NCBI GenBank assembly: GCA_001695645.1
Contig: LVZN01000084.1
Span: 1 to 32,000 of the forward strand
Length of the DNA stretch: 32,000 nucleotides
Direction: 5' to 3'
DNA from: Erysipelotrichaceae bacterium MTC7
GTDB lineage: Bacteria > Bacillota_I > Bacilli_A > Erysipelotrichales > Erysipelotrichaceae
Positions 28,184 to 32,000 of this stretch are shown one piece after another. Within the stretch, counting starts at the first letter, position 1. Each line of letters starts with the position of its first letter. The notes beneath the pieces are model-generated. The model was given only the letters and a program-made list of their open reading frames with translations. It was not told the DNA's origin and ran no database searches. The position numbers and the translations under genes were made by a program.

Positions 28184-30256
28184 ATGGCTCGCGAATTTAG
28201 TCTAGATAATACTCGTAACATCGGAATCATGGCTCACATTGATGCCGGGAAAACGACTTGTACAGAACGTATTTTGTACTATACAGGTGTAAACCACAAA
28301 ATTGGAGAAACTCACGATGGAGCTTCGACAATGGACTGGATGGAACAAGAAAAAGAACGTGGGATCACAATTACTAGTGCGGCTACTACAGCTCACTGGA
28401 AAGGTCACCGCATTAACATCATCGATACTCCGGGTCACGTTGACTTCACTGTAGAAGTTGAACGTTCACTTCGTGTATTGGATGGTGCTGTAACTGTTCT
28501 TGATGCTAAAGCAGGGGTTGAACCTCAAACGGAAACGGTTTGGCGTCAAGCAACAACATATGGAGTTCCTCGTATTGTATTCTGTAACAAAATGGATGCA
28601 ACTGGGGCAGACTTCGAAATGAGTGTAAATACAATTAAGGATCGTTTAGGAGCAAAAACTGCACCTATCCAATTCCCAATTGGAGCGGAAGCTAACTTCA
28701 CTGGTATTATTGATATCGTTGAAATGAAAGCTTACAACTATACAAATGACTTAGGAACGGATATTGAAGAAATTGACATTCCTGCTGACTTAAAAGACAA
28801 ATGTGAAGCATTACACCAAGAATTAGTTGAAACTGTTGCTGATTTTGATGATGACATGATGATGATGGTTCTTGAAGGAGAACAACCATCTCTTGAACAA
28901 TTAAAAGAAGCAATCCGTAAAGCAACAATCACTGGTGAATTCTTCCCAGTATTATGTGGATCTGCATACAAAAACAAAGGGGTTCAATTACTTCTTGATG
29001 CAGTTCTTGCATACTTACCTTCACCAGTTGATGTACCTGCAATTACAGGTGTGACACCAGACGGTGAAGAACAAGTACGTGAATCAAGTGACAGTGCACC
29101 ATTTAGTGCATTAGCATTTAAAATCGCTGTTGACCCATTCGTAGGTAAATTATCTTACTTCCGTGTGTATTCAGGAACAGCAAAAAGTGGAACTTACGTA
29201 TTGAATGCAACGAAAAATAAAAAAGAACGTTTCGGACGTATTCTTCAAATGCACTCAAACGAACGTAAAGAAATCTCTGAAGTTTACGCTGGAGATATCG
29301 CTGCAGCAGTTGGTCTTAAAGATACAACAACTGGAGATACACTATGTGCTGAAAACGCACCAATCGTACTTGAATCAATGGTCTTCCCAGAACCAGTTAT
29401 CCGTGTTGCGGTAGAACCTAAATCAAAAGGTGACCAAGACAAAATGGGACTTGCACTTGCAAAACTTGCTGAAGAAGATCCAACATTCAAAACATACACT
29501 GATGATGAAACGGGACAAACAATCATCGCTGGAGTTGGGGAATTACACCTTGACATCATCGTTGACCGTATGAAACGTGAGTTTAAAGTAGAAGCAAACA
29601 TTGGGGCACCTCAAGTTGCTTACCGTGAAACAATCCGCAAAGAAGCAGAATGTGAAGGGAAATACATTAAACAATCAGGTGGACGTGGACAATATGGACA
29701 CGTTTGGATTCGCTTTGCACCAAACCCTGACAAAGGATTTGAGTTCGAAGATAAAACAGTTGGTGGATCTGTACCAAGAGAATACATCAAAGCTGTTGGT
29801 GAAGGGGTTGAATCTGCTTTACACAACGGTATGTTAGCTGGATATGAAGTTATCGACTTGAAAGCAACATTATTTGATGGATCTTACCACGATGTCGATT
29901 CAAGTGAAATGGCATATAAGATCGCTGCATCAATGGCACTTAAAGAAGCTGCTAAGAAATGTGATCCTGTCTTACTTGAACCAATCATGGAAGTTGAAGT
30001 TACAGCACCATCTGAATACCTTGGATCAGTTATGGGAGACGTTAGTTCTCGTCGTGGTATGATCGATGGTCAAGAAGAAAGAGGAAACGCAATTTCAGTT
30101 AAAGCAAGTATTCCACTTTCTGAAATGTTTGGATACGTTACAGACTTACGTGGATTCACACAAGGTCGTGGTAACTATTCAATGAAGTTTGCTCGCTATG
30201 CTGAAGTACCAAAAAGCATTAGTGAAAAAATCATGAAAGAACGCGCTGCTGCGTAA
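28184..30256 (+). CDS. fusA: Elongation factor G
   Basis: 690 aa. G-domain [21 protein letters not shown]. Domain IV/V blocks. Confidence 0.96.
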   Translation: MAREFSLDNTRNIGIMAHIDAGKTTCTERILYYTGVNHKIGETHDGASTMDWMEQEKERGITITSAATTAHWKGHRINIIDTPGHVDFTVEVERSLRVLDGAVTVLDAKAGVEPQTETVWRQATTYGVPRIVFCNKMDATGADFEMSVNTIKDRLGAKTAPIQFPIGAEANFTGIIDIVEMKAYNYTNDLGTDIEEIDIPADLKDKCEALHQELVETVADFDDDMMMMVLEGEQPSLEQLKEAIRKATITGEFFPVLCGSAYKNKGVQLLLDAVLAYLPSPVDVPAITGVTPDGEEQVRESSDSAPFSALAFKIAVDPFVGKLSYFRVYSGTAKSGTYVLNATKNKKERFGRILQMHSNERKEISEVYAGDIAAAVGLKDTTTGDTLCAENAPIVLESMVFPEPVIRVAVEPKSKGDQDKMGLALAKLAEEDPTFKTYTDDETGQTIIAGVGELHLDIIVDRMKREFKVEANIGAPQVAYRETIRKEAECEGKYIKQSGGRGQYGHVWIRFAPNPDKGFEFEDKTVGGSVPREYIKAVGEGVESALHNGMLAGYEVIDLKATLFDGSYHDVDSSEMAYKIAASMALKEAAKKCDPVLLEPIMEVEVTAPSEYLGSVMGDVSSRRGMIDGQEERGNAISVKASIPLSEMFGYVTDLRGFTQGRGNYSMKFARYAEVPKSISEKIMKERAAA

Positions 30257-30289
30257 TCTTTCTTGCAATTGATTTATTGTTTTAACATA

Positions 30290-30318
30290 TTGCTTTTCTT
30301 AGTAACATGATTTAAAAT
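30290..30318 (+). promoter_or_regulatory. Candidate internal promoter for tuf
   Basis: TTGCTT (30290-30295), 17 nt, TAAAAT (30313-30318) in the 123-nt fusA-tuf spacer. No terminator after fusA. Confidence 0.4.
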
Positions 30319-30379
30319 GATAAAGGATAACGAAAATTCGATATTTTTAAATGTACTTAAAATTAGGAGGAAATGAAAG

Positions 30380-31564
30380 ATGTCTAAACAAAAGTTCGAT
30401 AGATCGAAAACTCACGTTAATATTGGGACTATTGGTCACGTTGACCACGGTAAAACAACATTAACTGCAGCTATTACAAACGTATTAGCAAAAACAGGAA
30501 ACGCTGAAGCACAAGCTTATGACCAAATTGATGGAGCACCTGAAGAAAAAGAACGTGGAATTACAATTAACACGGCTCACGTTGAGTACCAAACAGAAAA
30601 ACGTCACTACGCGCACGTTGACTGCCCAGGTCACGCCGACTACGTAAAAAACATGATCACTGGGGCTGCACAAATGGATGGAGCAATCTTAGTTGTTGCT
30701 GCTACAGATGGACCTATGCCACAAACTCGTGAACACATCCTTCTTGCTAACCAAGTTGGTGTAGAAAAAATCGTTGTGTTCTTAAACAAATGTGACATGG
30801 TTGATGACGAAGAATTAATTGACCTTGTTGAAATGGAAGTTCGTGAATTATTAAGCGAATACAACTTCGATGGAGATAACGCTCCAGTTATCCGTGGATC
30901 TGCTTTAAAAGCACTTCAAGGAGAAGAAGCTTGGGTTGGAAAAATTACAGAACTTATGGATGCAGTAGATGCATACATTCCTGATCCAACTCGTGAAACT
31001 GACAAACCATTCCTTATGTCAGTGGAAGACGTATTCACAATCACAGGTCGTGGTACAGTTGCTACTGGACGTGTTGAACGTGGACAATTAAACATCAACG
31101 AAGAAGTTGAAATCGTTGGTATTAAAGACACTAAGAAAACAGTTGTTACAGGAATCGAAATGTTCCGCAAACTTCTTGACTTCGCTGAAGCTGGAGATAA
31201 CATTGGAGCATTATTACGTGGGGTTAACCGTGACGAAATCGTTCGTGGACAAATCCTTTGTAAACCTGGAAGTGTAACTCCTCACACGACTTTTAAAGCA
31301 CAAGTATATGTACTTTCAAAAGAAGAAGGTGGACGTCACACACCATTCGTTTCTAACTACCGTCCTCAATTCTACTTCCGTACAACAGATGTTACTGGAG
31401 TAATCACATTACCAGAAGGAACTGAAATGGTTATGCCTGGTGATAACGTAGAAATGAGCGTAGAACTTATTGCGCCAATCGCGATCGAACAAGGAACTAA
31501 ATTCTCAATTCGTGAAGGTGGACGTACAGTAGGTGCTGGAAACGTTACTGAAATTATTAAATAA
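30380..31564 (+). CDS. tuf: Elongation factor Tu
   Basis: 394 aa. [21 protein letters not shown]. Confidence 0.97.
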   Translation: MSKQKFDRSKTHVNIGTIGHVDHGKTTLTAAITNVLAKTGNAEAQAYDQIDGAPEEKERGITINTAHVEYQTEKRHYAHVDCPGHADYVKNMITGAAQMDGAILVVAATDGPMPQTREHILLANQVGVEKIVVFLNKCDMVDDEELIDLVEMEVRELLSEYNFDGDNAPVIRGSALKALQGEEAWVGKITELMDAVDAYIPDPTRETDKPFLMSVEDVFTITGRGTVATGRVERGQLNINEEVEIVGIKDTKKTVVTGIEMFRKLLDFAEAGDNIGALLRGVNRDEIVRGQILCKPGSVTPHTTFKAQVYVLSKEEGGRHTPFVSNYRPQFYFRTTDVTGVITLPEGTEMVMPGDNVEMSVELIAPIAIEQGTKFSIREGGRTVGAGNVTEIIK

Positions 31565-31585
31565 TTTTAGTTCTATCACAACCTG

Positions 31586-31611
31586 AAAAAGTCGCTAACG
31601 CGACTTTTTTT
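31586..31611 (+). terminator. Rho-independent terminator after tuf
   Basis: AAAAAGTCGC / GCGACTTTTT with a TAAC loop, followed by T7. Confidence 0.85.
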
Positions 31612-31734
31612 CTTTGTTTTATCGTTCGTTACATTTGTAGAAAGCATACAATTTAGTTATTATAATATAAGTTAAGATTCGTTGTGCTATTGATTTTTTA
31701 GGGATATAATAATAGGGTTGAAAAAGGAGGAATT

Positions 31735-32000
31735 ATGGGAAAAATCAAAAAAATTAAATGGTATAACCTGGCCTTCATGGCATTCTCATCGGTATGGGGA
31801 TTTGCCAATGTTGTGAACGGGTTTTCAGAATACGATGGACTTAAAGCAATTGTTGCTTGGATCTTAATCTTTGCCTTGTATTTTGTACCATATGCACTGA
31901 TGGTTGGAGAAATGGGTTCTGCATTTAAAAACCTAGGTGGAGGTGTAAGTTCTTGGATTCAAGAAACGATATCACCAAAGGTGGCGTATTATGCTGGATG
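31735..32000 (+). CDS. APC-superfamily amino acid permease (YjeM/GadC-like), 5' partial, running off the window
   Basis: Not in the ORF track because no stop falls in the window. ATG after AAGGAGG. MGKIKKIKWYNLAFMAFSSVWGFANVVNGF...YFVPYALMVGEMGSAFKNLGGGVSSWIQ resembles the N-termini of Firmicute amino-acid permeases. Candidate promoter TTGTGC-17-TATAAT at 31682-31710. Confidence 0.6.
   Translation, partial: MGKIKKIKWYNLAFMAFSSVWGFANVVNGFSEYDGLKAIVAWILIFALYFVPYALMVGEMGSAFKNLGGGVSSWIQETISPKVAYYAG

Noticed and set aside
1-32000. Search for a CRISPR array, tRNA/rRNA genes, IS elements, integrases, toxin-antitoxin pairs or defence-island style gene clusters
   Set aside because: I saw no direct-repeat/spacer periodicity, no tRNA-like T-arm motifs (GGTTCGAATCC-type) and no transposase, integrase or nuclease-like ORFs. 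Every ORF over 150 aa is accounted for by a housekeeping or sugar-utilisation function, or by the two hypothetical membrane proteins.

Overview
Low-GC (about 37%) Bacillota-type chromosome, standard genetic code. Almost all of it is conserved housekeeping DNA. About 20 kb (9.9-31.6 kb) follows the Bacillus-like order cysS-mrnC-rlmB-sigH-like-rpmG-secE-nusG-[sdaAB-sdaAA]-rplK-rplA-rplJ-rplL-methyltransferase-rpoB-rpoC-rpsL-rpsG-fusA-tuf. The left 9 kb holds two uncharacterised membrane proteins, a mannose-family PTS / AgaS amino-sugar locus split around a divergent AraC-type regulator, a monocistronic gap, a COG1533-type radical SAM gene and a PNPOx/Nim-like gene. An amino-acid permease gene starts at the right edge. 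RNA elements I can support are a Cys T-box leader before cysS, an L10-type attenuator before rplJ, and structured leaders before rplK and rpsL. I found no CRISPR array, tRNA/rRNA gene, IS/transposon or phage gene, no defence-type gene pair, and no convincing undescribed multi-gene system. The most unusual points are the atypical expression platform of the cysS T-box, a terminator-like hairpin built from rare CGG codons inside the methyltransferase gene, the serine dehydratase operon inserted between nusG and rplK, large lineage-specific expansions of RpoB and RpoC, and operator-like repeats at the PTS and gap promoters. All family calls come from reading the translated sequences and from synteny. 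No database search was run.
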